A stretch of 64,000 nt of DNA from Myxococcota bacterium (GTDB lineage: Bacteria; Myxococcota_A; Polyangia; HGW-17), in the NCBI GenBank assembly GCA_036802685.1, contig DAIRVS010000006.1, forward strand, positions 1,073-65,072. The letters are read 5' to 3'. The notes under the pieces were generated by a model that searched no databases, had not been told where the DNA came from, and worked only from the letters and a program-made list of their open reading frames with translations. Made by a program: the position numbers and the translations under genes. This document shows, one piece after another, positions 45,719-55,136 of the stretch. Position 1 is the first letter of the stretch. Every line of letters begins with the position of its first letter.

Positions 45719-47743
45719 ATGAACCGTCTGCCGCTTGCCCTGCTGCTGCTTTTCCCCATCCTCGCCTGCACCCAGACGCCCGAGGGCGTCGCCCCGGAAG
45801 AATACATCCTGTATGGCACCCCTGACACCACCGCCGCCCACCAGGCCGTGGTGTACATCACCATGGAGTCCGGCGGTTACGGCGGCGCCTGCTCCGGAAC
45901 GCTCATCGCGCAGAACGTGGTGCTCACGGCCGCCCACTGCGCGGCCGCCCCCGCGAACATGCGGGTCTACATCGGCAACAGCGTCAACACGTTCTCCACC
46001 GAGCTCAGAGTCTCCCAGGTCACCGTGCATCCGAACTGGGATCCCAACTTCCAGCAGACCAACAACCTGGCCAACGACATCGCGCTGTTGCGCCTGTCCT
46101 CCAACGCCCCCGGTTCGGTCGTGCCCATCCCGTACCTGCCCTCGTCCCTGGCGCTGACCTCGGCCGACGTGAACAACACGAACCTGCTTTTCATGGGCTT
46201 CGGCCTCACCGAGACGGGCTCCTCGGGCACGAAGCTCAAGATGACGCAGGTCCTGGCCAACATCTGCGAGGGCTCCTCGTGGTGCAACGTCAGCATCCCC
46301 AACCTCGGCACCACCCAGGTCCCGCCCAACACCATCGGCATCCGGATGAACGCCAACGGCGGCATCTGCAGCGGCGACTCCGGCGGACCCGCCTTCGTCA
46401 CCCGCGGCGGCGTCGAGTACGTGGCCGGCATCAACTCGTTCGTCATGCAGAACAGCTCGCAGCAGTGCGACTACTTCGGCGCGGCCACCAAGGTCGACCG
46501 CTTCACGTCCTTCATCGCGGACTTCCTCGGCGTCGACACCGAGGACTGCGACAACGGCACCGACGATGACGACGACGGCCGGATCGACTGCGACGACACC
46601 GATTGCGCCTCCGATCCCGCGTGCCAGGAGACCGCCTGCGAGCTCGCCACCACGGTGGCCTGCGGCGCCACCATCTCCGGCTCCACCCTGGGCGGCCCCC
46701 TGTCCTTCGTCAACTACGGCAACGACTGCACCGGCGGCTACCCGATGAACGGCTCCGAGAACGTGGTGCAGGTGATCGCCGGCGCCGGCACCATCGTCAC
46801 CGCCCGCCTGACGATCCAGTCCAGCTCCACCGACCTGGACCTGCTCCTGGTCAAGGGCGCCTGCGACCCCGCCAACTGCACCACCGGCAGCCTGAACGCC
46901 CCTGGCCAGACCGAGACCCTGACGTTCACCATGGACCAGAACCCGCACTTCCTGTTCATCGAGACCTACCAGAACGCGGGGCCCTACACCCTGCAGATCA
47001 CCTGCGAGAACCAGCAGCCCGTGCCCGAGGACTGCGACAACGGCCTCGACGACGACGGCGACGGCGATACCGACTGCGACGACGACGACTGCGACGGCGA
47101 GCCCGGCTGCGGCCCGGCTGCCGAGGACTGCGACGACGGGGGTGACAACGACGACGACGGCGCGATCGACTGCGAGGACGCCGACTGCTTCGGCGAGCTC
47201 GCCTGCGAGCAGGCCGTCGAGGACTGCGACAACGGCCTCGACGACGACTACGACGGCTTCACCGACTGCGCCGACATGGACTGCAAGCCCAAGGTCGCCT
47301 GTGGCGAGGAGCCCGCCGAGTCATGCGCCAACGGCGTGGACGACGACGGCGACGGCAGAACCGACTGCGACGACCCGCTGTGCCGTTCCTACGCCGACTG
47401 CCACCCCGGCCTCGAGATCTGCAACAACGGGCTGGACGACGACGGCGACCAGCGGATCGACTGCGCCGACGCGGACTGCCAGACCTTCTCCGGGTGCCCG
47501 GAGCAGGCCGAGGACTGCGACAACCGCGAGGACGACAACGGCGACCAGCGGGTCGACTGCGACGATCCCCGGTGTTCATCCTCCACGCCCTGCCTGCTCA
47601 ACGCCCCCTGGAACAAGACGTATGAGACCGACGGCTGCTCCTGCCGCGCGGCCGGCGGCGGCCGGCGCCCGAACGCCGGTCTGTGGCTGTCGGGCCTGCT
47701 GCTCGGGCTCCTCGCGCTGCGCCGCAGGATCCGAAGGATCTGA
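45719..47743 (+). CDS. secreted trypsin-like (S1) serine protease with Asp-rich CDxGxDDDGDGxxDCDD repeats and a MYXO-CTERM sorting tail
   Basis: Signal/lipobox MNRLPLALLLLFPILAC; catalytic triad context LTAAHC, DIALL, GDSGGP; about eight acidic Cys-bracketed repeats; C-terminus GCSCRAAGGGRRPNAGLWLSGLLLGLLALRRRIRRI. Confidence 0.8.
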   Translation: MNRLPLALLLLFPILACTQTPEGVAPEEYILYGTPDTTAAHQAVVYITMESGGYGGACSGTLIAQNVVLTAAHCAAAPANMRVYIGNSVNTFSTELRVSQVTVHPNWDPNFQQTNNLANDIALLRLSSNAPGSVVPIPYLPSSLALTSADVNNTNLLFMGFGLTETGSSGTKLKMTQVLANICEGSSWCNVSIPNLGTTQVPPNTIGIRMNANGGICSGDSGGPAFVTRGGVEYVAGINSFVMQNSSQQCDYFGAATKVDRFTSFIADFLGVDTEDCDNGTDDDDDGRIDCDDTDCASDPACQETACELATTVACGATISGSTLGGPLSFVNYGNDCTGGYPMNGSENVVQVIAGAGTIVTARLTIQSSSTDLDLLLVKGACDPANCTTGSLNAPGQTETLTFTMDQNPHFLFIETYQNAGPYTLQITCENQQPVPEDCDNGLDDDGDGDTDCDDDDCDGEPGCGPAAEDCDDGGDNDDDGAIDCEDADCFGELACEQAVEDCDNGLDDDYDGFTDCADMDCKPKVACGEEPAESCANGVDDDGDGRTDCDDPLCRSYADCHPGLEICNNGLDDDGDQRIDCADADCQTFSGCPEQAEDCDNREDDNGDQRVDCDDPRCSSSTPCLLNAPWNKTYETDGCSCRAAGGGRRPNAGLWLSGLLLGLLALRRRIRRI

Positions 47744-47765
47744 CCCCTAACAGCCCATCATAGAC

Positions 47766-47786
47766 GGGTAGGTCCCCTACCCGGGG
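47766..47786. terminator. family hairpin cgggtagg-tcc-cctacccg followed by an A-run
   Basis: 8-bp stem about 23 nt after the protease stop, then ggaaaaaa. Confidence 0.5.
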
Positions 47787-47807
47787 AAAAAATGACGCTC
47801 CCGTCCC

Positions 47808-48572
47808 TTACAACATCCCCTCCCGCATCAGCAACTCACGCAACGCGATCAACGCCACGCTCTCTTCGGGCATCTCGAGGGCCGAGAGCCCCCGTCTGTC
47901 CCGCTCGGCGACCACCGGGTCCGCCGGGATCGCGCCGAGCACCCGCAGCCCGCCGTCCTCGAGCTGGGCCACCAGCCCGGGATCCGGCGCCTCCACGCGG
48001 TTGAACACCACCCCGGTCAACTCCGGGTTCATGCCCGGGGAGCGGTCGATCTTCGTCTTCGCCAACAACGCGGTCCGCGCCCCCCGCAGGGAGTTGTCCG
48101 TCAGGATGAGCGCGTGGGTCACCGATCGGGTAACCTCGCGGTTGATCTGCTCCACGCCCGCCTCCGCGTCGATGATGACCGTCTCGAACTGCGCGGCGAG
48201 CTGGCCCAGGGTCTCGCGCAGCAGGTTGTTCACCGAACAGTAGCAGCCCACGGTGTCGGTGTGCCCCATCACCAGCAGGGCGTGCTCCGGAGCTTCCACG
48301 AGGGCCTCGAGGAGCAGGTAGTCGATGATCTCCGAGAGCCGTGAGGCCTCCTCGCCCTTGGCGATCCGCGCCTGGCGCAGGATCTCGGCGCGGGCCTCTC
48401 CGATGGTCTTGTAGTCCTGGACCCCGAGGGCGGTGGCGAGCCCCATGGCGGGGTCGGCGTCGATGAGCAGCGGCCGTTGACCGGCGTCGATGACAAGCCG
48501 GGCGGTCAGCGCGGACAGGATGGACTTGCCGCTGCCGCCCTTGCCCAGAAAGGCGATGGTCCTCGTGCTCAT
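47808..48572 (-). CDS. CooC-like MinD/ParA-superfamily metallocentre-assembly ATPase (CxC motif)
   Basis: Deviant Walker A GKGGSGKS, DADP motif (LIDADPAMGL), and CooC-type CxC (GCYCS). Confidence 0.7.
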   Translation of the reverse strand: MSTRTIAFLGKGGSGKSILSALTARLVIDAGQRPLLIDADPAMGLATALGVQDYKTIGEARAEILRQARIAKGEEASRLSEIIDYLLLEALVEAPEHALLVMGHTDTVGCYCSVNNLLRETLGQLAAQFETVIIDAEAGVEQINREVTRSVTHALILTDNSLRGARTALLAKTKIDRSPGMNPELTGVVFNRVEAPDPGLVAQLEDGGLRVLGAIPADPVVAERDRRGLSALEMPEESVALIALRELLMREGML

Positions 48573-48573
48573 G

Positions 48574-49329
48574 TCACTTCCTCCTGCGGAAGGTGATGAC
48601 CTCCCGGATGGTGTCGCACACCGGCTTCTCGTCGCAGGTACGGCAGTCCAGATCGCTGCAACTGATCCCGCCGTCCTCTTCCCAGCGCAGCCGCCTGTGC
48701 TCCCCGTCGACGACCGCGGCCGCGGCGGCCAGGGGCTCCAGCGCGCGCACCCGGGCGTCGTCCCCGACGACGAGCACCACGTCGACCCGCCCGATCCCGG
48801 GGAGCTCGGCGGCGTAGGCGGCCCGCACGGTCTGGGCCAGCGCCCGCGGGGTGAACGAGTCCGCCGCTCGACGGTGGACGCGGATCCACAACCGCCCCGA
48901 CAGGCTGCGGGTCATCACCAGCGGCAGCCGGTGGGTCAGGTGCAGCACGCCGGCTACCGGCCCCTCCAGCGGGTCCAGATCCTCGGGCAGCTCCACCAGC
49001 GCCAGCAGCGCCAGGGATTTCGACTTACCCCGGTTCCCGTCAGACGATGACCCGCCTTCCATCTCCTCCACACCACTACGGACGTACACGCGGTCGGTCA
49101 CCAGCCTGCGCTCCCGCGTCCACAGGGCACGACACACCGAGGGCGTCCCCGGCGCGCCCAGCTCCAGCGCCGTGTCCCCGGCGAGCACGACCGTCGCCTG
49201 CCGCTTGCGCTCCGGTTCGTAGCCCAGGGCGGCCACGGCGGCCACGTCCCCCGGCGCGAGGATCTCGAACCCGCCGAGCATCTGGTGGATCCGGCGGATC
49301 AGATCACCGTGATCGGATCCGGCGCTCAA
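48574..49329 (-). CDS. hypothetical protein with a C-terminal Cx4Cx2Cx5C motif
   Basis: 251-aa ORF ending ISCSDLDCRTCDEKPVCD; translationally coupled within the operon. Confidence 0.4.
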   Translation of the reverse strand: MSAGSDHGDLIRRIHQMLGGFEILAPGDVAAVAALGYEPERKRQATVVLAGDTALELGAPGTPSVCRALWTRERRLVTDRVYVRSGVEEMEGGSSSDGNRGKSKSLALLALVELPEDLDPLEGPVAGVLHLTHRLPLVMTRSLSGRLWIRVHRRAADSFTPRALAQTVRAAYAAELPGIGRVDVVLVVGDDARVRALEPLAAAAAVVDGEHRRLRWEEDGGISCSDLDCRTCDEKPVCDTIREVITFRRRK

Positions 49330-50147
49330 GGTCCCCTCCCCGCGCGCCCGGAAACCCGCTCCGCCGCGCCCTGACCGGCGAGGAGCGCCGCCCCGTAGGC
49401 AGCCGCGAGTTGGGGATCCATGGGGATGACGGACACCTGGTGCCCGAGCACCTCCCCGAGGGTCCGCGTGAACGCCGGGATGTGACCCAGTCCGCCCACG
49501 ACGACCACGGGCGGTCCGGTTTCACTGCGGTTGGCCAGCGTCAGCGCCTTCTCGGCGATGGCCACCAGGATCCCGGCGAGGAGCTCGGGTCCCGGGACGC
49601 CCTGGTTGACGCGGCTGACGACCTCGCTCTCGGCGAACACGGCGCAACTGTTGGACATGCGGTAGGGTCGTGCGGCGGCGGCGGCGACGTCCGAGACCTC
49701 CTCGAGCGGCACGCACAGGGAGCTGGCGATCATCTCGAGGAACCGGCCGCTGCCGGCCGCGCACTTCTCGGTGACGGCGCGGTCCAGCACGTGGCCCTCG
49801 GGGGACAACGCAGCGGAGCGGACGAACAGCGCGCCGCCGTCGATCACGGTGCGCGCCCCCGGGACGAGGGTCGCCACGGCCCGGGCCGCGCATGCGGCCT
49901 CGTCGAGGATGCGCCCCGACCGGGAGAGCGCCCGACCGGCGGCGGCGGCGCCAAAGCCGGTGACCGCCTTCTTGCGCACCTGGAAGCCGAAGAGCCCGGC
50001 CTGCTCCAGGGCGGCGCGCTCCGACGCCCGCACCACCGACCTGAACTCGCCGGCCAGCTCGCGCACGTCGGCGCCCAGGATGCGTCCGTCCTTCACGACG
50101 CAGACCTTCACGTACCGCGTGCCCAGATCGACGCCGGCGGTGATCAC
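49326..50147 (-). CDS. CoA-substrate-specific enzyme activase (BadF/BadG/BcrA/BcrD ATPase family), paralog 2
   Basis: ITAGVDLGTRYVKV..., DGGALF, EKCAAGSG. A GTG start overlaps the upstream stop (GTGA). Confidence 0.7.
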   Translation of the reverse strand: MITAGVDLGTRYVKVCVVKDGRILGADVRELAGEFRSVVRASERAALEQAGLFGFQVRKKAVTGFGAAAAGRALSRSGRILDEAACAARAVATLVPGARTVIDGGALFVRSAALSPEGHVLDRAVTEKCAAGSGRFLEMIASSLCVPLEEVSDVAAAAARPYRMSNSCAVFAESEVVSRVNQGVPGPELLAGILVAIAEKALTLANRSETGPPVVVVGGLGHIPAFTRTLGEVLGHQVSVIPMDPQLAAAYGAALLAGQGAAERVSGRAGRGP

Positions 50148-51034
50148 GGCGATCCCCCGGTGCAGCCCGGGCACGCCGGCGCCGCGTCGGCCGGGCCAGC
50201 GGCCATCGGTTCCGACGGGTCTCCGGCTTCTTGAACGCGCCGGTCTTCCTGCCGGGCGCGGCCGTGCTCCAGGCGGGCGAAGCAGGCGGCCCCCAGAGCG
50301 CCCATGACCTGGGGATCGTGGGAGAGCGGCACGAACCGCACGCCCAGGGCCGCCTCGAGCTCCCGGACCACGGCCGCATTCTTGGACACGCCCCCCGAGA
50401 TGCACACCCCCGGGCGCAGGGTCACCTTTCCGGCCAGCGCGGCCACCCTGCGGGCCACCGAGGCCGTGATCCCCCGGGCGATGTCCTCGACGCGCCGCCC
50501 CTGGTGCATCCACTGCATGACGTCGAGCTCCATGAAGATGCTGCACTTGTTCGAGACCGGCAGCGCCCGCCTCGAGCGCAGGGCGCGGGGCCCCAGCTCC
50601 CCGAGGGGGAGGCCCAGGGTGCGGGCCAGGAGCTCCAGCGTGCGGCCGGTGCCCGCCGCGCACTTGTCGTTCATGGCGAAGTCGTCCACCAGGCCCGCGG
50701 CGTCCAGGACCACCACCTTGCAGTCCTGCCCGCCGATGTCGATGACCGAGCGCACGGCGGGGTTGCTCGTGAACGTCCCCAGCCCGTGGCAGGAGATCTC
50801 GCTGCGCTCGAGGTCCGCGAAGGGGAGCTCGTGCCGACCGTAGCCGGTGGCGCAGACGCGGGCGAGGTCGGCGCGGCGGACCCGCGCCTTCGCGAGGGCC
50901 GCCTCGAGCACGCGGCCGGCGGACTGCGCGGGCGTGGCCTGAACCGGCTCCACGTGCCAGGCGATCACGCGTCCGTCACGCAGCAGCACGGCCTTGGCGG
51001 TCAGCGAGCCCACGTCGATGCCGGCGAAGATCAT
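50144..51034 (-). CDS. CoA-substrate-specific enzyme activase (HgdC/BcrA-D family), paralog 1
   Basis: GIDVGSLTAKAV, DIGGQDCK, NDKCAAGTG: an acetate/sugar-kinase-fold [4Fe-4S] archerase. Confidence 0.8.
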   Translation of the reverse strand: MIFAGIDVGSLTAKAVLLRDGRVIAWHVEPVQATPAQSAGRVLEAALAKARVRRADLARVCATGYGRHELPFADLERSEISCHGLGTFTSNPAVRSVIDIGGQDCKVVVLDAAGLVDDFAMNDKCAAGTGRTLELLARTLGLPLGELGPRALRSRRALPVSNKCSIFMELDVMQWMHQGRRVEDIARGITASVARRVAALAGKVTLRPGVCISGGVSKNAAVVRELEAALGVRFVPLSHDPQVMGALGAACFARLEHGRARQEDRRVQEAGDPSEPMAAGPADAAPACPGCTGGSP

Positions 51035-52164
51035 GACCGGTTCCCCAGCTTCTCGTAGAACGCCTGGAGCCGGGTCTTCAACTGCCCGACCTCGCCGCCG
51101 TACAACTCCCGGGTCAGCGCGAGCGCCGGGATCCCGGCCTTGGCCAGCTCATGGGTGGCGATGTAGTTCTCGCCGGACATCATGGAGCAGAACTCGAGCT
51201 TCTCCAGGATCACGGCGTCGGCCGCGTATGCGCGCACCGCCTCGAGGGTGTACGCCATGCGGCCCTTCACGTCGTCCATCATCCGTGGGCAGGACACCCG
51301 CCCCAGGTACCGGCGCGCCAGGGCGTCCAGGGGATCGCCGTCCGCGCCCACGTCCCGGTCGAAGGTCCGCGCCCCCAGGCAGATCGCGTCGGCCACCACC
51401 AGGGCGCCGTGGGACTCCACCAGCTCCAGGTGCGAGAGCTCCTCGAGGCAGCTCCCCGTGACGAAGATCCGCAGCCGCGGCGTCCCCACCGGCGCCCGCC
51501 CCGCGCGCGCCTCGCCGAGGGCGCGCTCGATCAGGTCCACCGCGTCCTCGGGGGGCACCGCGGTCACCGCCAGCATCAGCGCGAGGAACTCGGTCCCCGT
51601 CACCGGCGGTGCTGGCGCGCGGCGCAGCTCGGCGAGCTCCCGCAGGAGCCGGCGGCGCCGGTCGTACAATTCAATGGACGCCCGCAGCCGATCGTCGGTC
51701 ACCTCCACGCCCAGGCGCTCGCCGAGGAACCCGGCCAGCTTCACCAGCTCGAGCCGGAGCTGCGCGAGGCAGGCAGGCGAACCCGCGTGAGGCACGAACA
51801 GCAGGTACGAAAAGCCGGTGTCCGGCGCCGCGTGGCGCCAGTTGTCGTAGAGCCGGCGGTTGTGATCGCACCCGTTCATGAACACGATCCCGTCCAGGAA
51901 GTCCAGCTCCCCGCGCAGCCCCTGGTCCATCACGCGGCGCACGAAGGAGCAGTTGGCCGACGAGAAGTACGTGTCCCCCAGGGCGGTGCCGCAGCTCCCC
52001 ACCGCGCGCATGCGGTACGGCACGGCGCCGGCCGCGTGGAGGAGCTCCTCGGGGACGTAGGAACAGAAGTGGCCGATCACCGGACGCCCGGCGCGGGCGG
52101 CGGCGGCCAGCCTCTCGTTGCGGGGGACCTCGGCGAGCCTGCGCAGTTCGGAGAAGACGCTCAT
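51031..52164 (-). CDS. 2-hydroxyacyl-CoA dehydratase / benzoyl-CoA reductase-family subunit (HgdB/BcrB-like)
   Basis: HGD-D family fold with conserved Cys, including a C-terminal CSMMSGE-type motif. The start was set at MSVFSELRRL inside the longer ORF. Confidence 0.7.
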   Translation of the reverse strand: MSVFSELRRLAEVPRNERLAAAARAGRPVIGHFCSYVPEELLHAAGAVPYRMRAVGSCGTALGDTYFSSANCSFVRRVMDQGLRGELDFLDGIVFMNGCDHNRRLYDNWRHAAPDTGFSYLLFVPHAGSPACLAQLRLELVKLAGFLGERLGVEVTDDRLRASIELYDRRRRLLRELAELRRAPAPPVTGTEFLALMLAVTAVPPEDAVDLIERALGEARAGRAPVGTPRLRIFVTGSCLEELSHLELVESHGALVVADAICLGARTFDRDVGADGDPLDALARRYLGRVSCPRMMDDVKGRMAYTLEAVRAYAADAVILEKLEFCSMMSGENYIATHELAKAGIPALALTRELYGGEVGQLKTRLQAFYEKLGNRS

Positions 52165-53618
52165 GACGCGAATCCGTTCTCGACGAAGAAGGCGGTCAGT
52201 TGCCGCTTGACCTCGGCCTCGGACATCACCCGCTTGTCGAAGATGTCGGCCTCCATCACCAGAAGCGGCAGGCCGTGACGCCGGCACACGTCGCGGACGA
52301 TGCGCCCCAGCGCGCGGTTGTGCTTGCACCCCTGGTGCCCGTTCTGGATCACGCAGTCCGGCGAGAAGTGGGCGATCTGGCGCTCCAGGTCGTCCACGGT
52401 CTCCCGGGCCGCACCGTGGGCCTGCTTGATCATGCCCATGTACAGCCGGTCCCGGGCCACGCCCATCATCATGGTCTCCAGGCTCGTCATGTCGATGGGC
52501 GGGAAGATGGCGTCGCCGATGTAGTCGCCCACCACCACGCCGCCGAAGGTCCGCTCGATCCACATGTACATCTCCGAGAACACGATGGGCATGTCCGCCA
52601 CGATGATGCGGAACTTCTCCACCCGGCGCCGAAGCCGGGGGTGGCGCAGGCGAAACTGGCCGACCTTGTGCGTGATCCGCGCGCTCTCGAGGAGCTCGGG
52701 GTTCCCGGAGCCGGTGATCTTCGAGCCCCAGGCCGTCTGCAGGTTCAGCGCGAGCCCGGCCGACGGGATCGCCTGGTTCATGATCGTGATCTCGTCGAGG
52801 AGGCGGTTCTGCTCGTCCAGCACGCGGACCCCGCGGCGGAACTTCTCCCAGTTGTACTTGCGGTGCAGCGTGTCCTCGAGGAAGGCGATGGCCTCGAACA
52901 GGTTCTTCGAGTAGGCCATCACGTCGTCGTCCTCCTTGGTGTACGCCGTGTTGATCGTGTAGGCCGGCGCCCCGGAGATGTACTCCATCAGTTGCGAGGC
53001 CGTGCGCCCGGCGTCGCAGGGGTGGGCCACCGAGATGATGGCCGCGGGATCGGGGATCTGCTTCAGCAGGTACGCCCCCAGGCTCACGCGATCCATGGCG
53101 CAGATGTCGTCGGCGATGCCCTCGCGCTCCACGGCCTCGAGGCAGGCCACGTGGCCGTCGGTGCCCACCATGTTGGCGATGGCCATGAACGCCTCGGGCA
53201 CGAACGGCGCCACGTCGTCGAACCCCGAGGCCACCTCCACGGGCACCGGCCAGCCCAGCCACACCAGCGGCTCGCGGCCGTCCCGCGCGTCGAGCACCCG
53301 CTGGAAGAACGCCAGCGTGGCGATGCAGTCGTGCCGGTAGGCGGCCAGCTCCCCCGGCGTCCAGCGCCCGGAGCCCACCTTCTGGTAGCCGAACCGCGCC
53401 GCCCGGTTGAGCCGGTGCTCGCCGTGGAACAGGAACGGCTGCACGGCCTTGAGCATCGCCCAGGCAGCGGGCCCCTTGTCCAGCACCTGCGTGCCGAGCT
53501 TCGCGCCCGCGATCACGCTCTCGATGATTTCATAGGGCTTCAGTTCCATGGGCTCCCGGGATCCGTCCTCCGACGCCGGGTCGTCCCCGATCTGGCGGAA
53601 ACCGTCTTTTACCAGCAA
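52161..53618 (-). CDS. 2-hydroxyacyl-CoA dehydratase / benzoyl-CoA reductase-family subunit (HgdA/BcrC-like)
   Basis: 485-aa HGD-D family protein with conserved Cys (..CAMDR.., ..HPCDAGR.., ..HQGCKHN..). An alternative start at MELKPYE is possible. Confidence 0.7.
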   Translation of the reverse strand: MLVKDGFRQIGDDPASEDGSREPMELKPYEIIESVIAGAKLGTQVLDKGPAAWAMLKAVQPFLFHGEHRLNRAARFGYQKVGSGRWTPGELAAYRHDCIATLAFFQRVLDARDGREPLVWLGWPVPVEVASGFDDVAPFVPEAFMAIANMVGTDGHVACLEAVEREGIADDICAMDRVSLGAYLLKQIPDPAAIISVAHPCDAGRTASQLMEYISGAPAYTINTAYTKEDDDVMAYSKNLFEAIAFLEDTLHRKYNWEKFRRGVRVLDEQNRLLDEITIMNQAIPSAGLALNLQTAWGSKITGSGNPELLESARITHKVGQFRLRHPRLRRRVEKFRIIVADMPIVFSEMYMWIERTFGGVVVGDYIGDAIFPPIDMTSLETMMMGVARDRLYMGMIKQAHGAARETVDDLERQIAHFSPDCVIQNGHQGCKHNRALGRIVRDVCRRHGLPLLVMEADIFDKRVMSEAEVKRQLTAFFVENGFAS

Positions 53619-53687
53619 TCCCCACGATTGTCACGCCTCGGTCACGAAAACGTCACGGAATGTTGACAAACAGCCGGGAAGGACGCC

Positions 53688-55136
53688 CTAGATTTCCTGC
53701 ACCGCTTCGGGTTTCTCCGGCAGGCGCTCCATCGTGAGGCCGGTGAAACCGTAGAAGATCGACACCAGCGGGTTGAACCAGTTGAGGATGGCCCAGGGGA
53801 GGTACAAGAGCGGGGAGACGCCCAGGGTGGCGGCCATGAAGGCGCCGCAGGTGTTCCAGGGGACCAGCGGCGAGGTGAGGGTGGCGCTGTCCTCGAGGGC
53901 GCGGGAGAGGTTGTGGGGCGCGAGGCCCAGCCTCTCGTAGGTGGACTTGTACATGCGGCCGGGGAGCACGATGGCGATGTACTGGTCGCCGGCGACCACG
54001 TTCATGCCGACGGCGGTGCAGACGGTGACCAGCACCAGGCTGCCGGTGCCGTGCACCAGCCTCAGGATGGCCCGCGTGATGGCCTGCAGGAAGCCGGCGG
54101 CCTCCATGGCGCCGCCGAAGGAGACCGCGCACAGGATCAGGGCCACGGTGTCCATCATCTTGTCCAGGCCGCCGCGGGAGAGCAGGTCGTCGAGGGCCGC
54201 GCTCCCGGTGTCGATGGTGAAGCCGCCCTTGGCCGTGGCCAGCACCGACTTCCAGGAGGCGTCCTGGAACCACACCGCGAAGAGCATGCCCAGCAGCGCG
54301 CCGAACAGGATCGACGGGAGCGCCGGGCGCTTCGTGGCCACGAGGCCGATGACCACCAGCGGGGGCAGGAGCAGCCACGGGGTCACGAAGAAGTGCGCGC
54401 GGATGGGGGACACCACGTCGGTGGCGGGGCCGCCGCCGCCGCCCCAGTCGGCGAACAGCCCGATGACGAAATAGGCGGCCAGCGCGACGAGCAGGCTCGG
54501 ACCGGTGGTCCACACCATGTGGCGGATGTGGGTGAAGAGGTCGCTGCCGGCCACCGCGGGCGCGAGGTTGGTGGTGTCCGAGAGCGGCGACATCTTGTCG
54601 CCGAAGTAGGCGCCCGAGACCACGGCGCCGGCGGTCATGGGCGCGGGCACGCCCAGGGACGCCCCCAGGCCCATGAGCGCGAGGCCCACGGTGCCGGCGG
54701 TGGACCACGAGCTGCCGGTGGCCAGCGACACCACCGAGGAGATCAGCGCCGCGGTGAACAGGAAGTAGGTGGGGCTCACGAGGGAGAAGCCGTAGACGAT
54801 CAGCGACGGCACGATGCCGCTCTGGAGCCAGGAACCGATGAGCAGTCCCACGGCCATGAGCAGCAGGATCGCCGGCAGCGTGGACGCGATGGACGCGGTC
54901 ATGGCCTCGAGGGTGCGCTCCCAGGTCACCTTCCGCCAGCGGGCCAGGGCGGCGACCAGCGCCGACGTGAAGATCAGCGCCAGGTGGGGCTGCAACTTGA
55001 AGCGCAGGACGGTGAGGTACAGGGCGCCCAGCAGGAAGACCACCGGGACCAGCGCGAGGACCAGCGGAGGGAGGCCGGCGTCGGTCGCGGGACCGCCGGT
55101 CGGCGCCGGTGCCCGATCGTTAGTAGGGGAGCTCAT
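53688..55136 (-). CDS. Na+/H+ antiporter NhaC family
   Basis: 482-aa protein with about 12 TM helices and an NhaC-like sequence. Confidence 0.7.
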   Translation of the reverse strand: MSSPTNDRAPAPTGGPATDAGLPPLVLALVPVVFLLGALYLTVLRFKLQPHLALIFTSALVAALARWRKVTWERTLEAMTASIASTLPAILLLMAVGLLIGSWLQSGIVPSLIVYGFSLVSPTYFLFTAALISSVVSLATGSSWSTAGTVGLALMGLGASLGVPAPMTAGAVVSGAYFGDKMSPLSDTTNLAPAVAGSDLFTHIRHMVWTTGPSLLVALAAYFVIGLFADWGGGGGPATDVVSPIRAHFFVTPWLLLPPLVVIGLVATKRPALPSILFGALLGMLFAVWFQDASWKSVLATAKGGFTIDTGSAALDDLLSRGGLDKMMDTVALILCAVSFGGAMEAAGFLQAITRAILRLVHGTGSLVLVTVCTAVGMNVVAGDQYIAIVLPGRMYKSTYERLGLAPHNLSRALEDSATLTSPLVPWNTCGAFMAATLGVSPLLYLPWAILNWFNPLVSIFYGFTGLTMERLPEKPEAVQEI

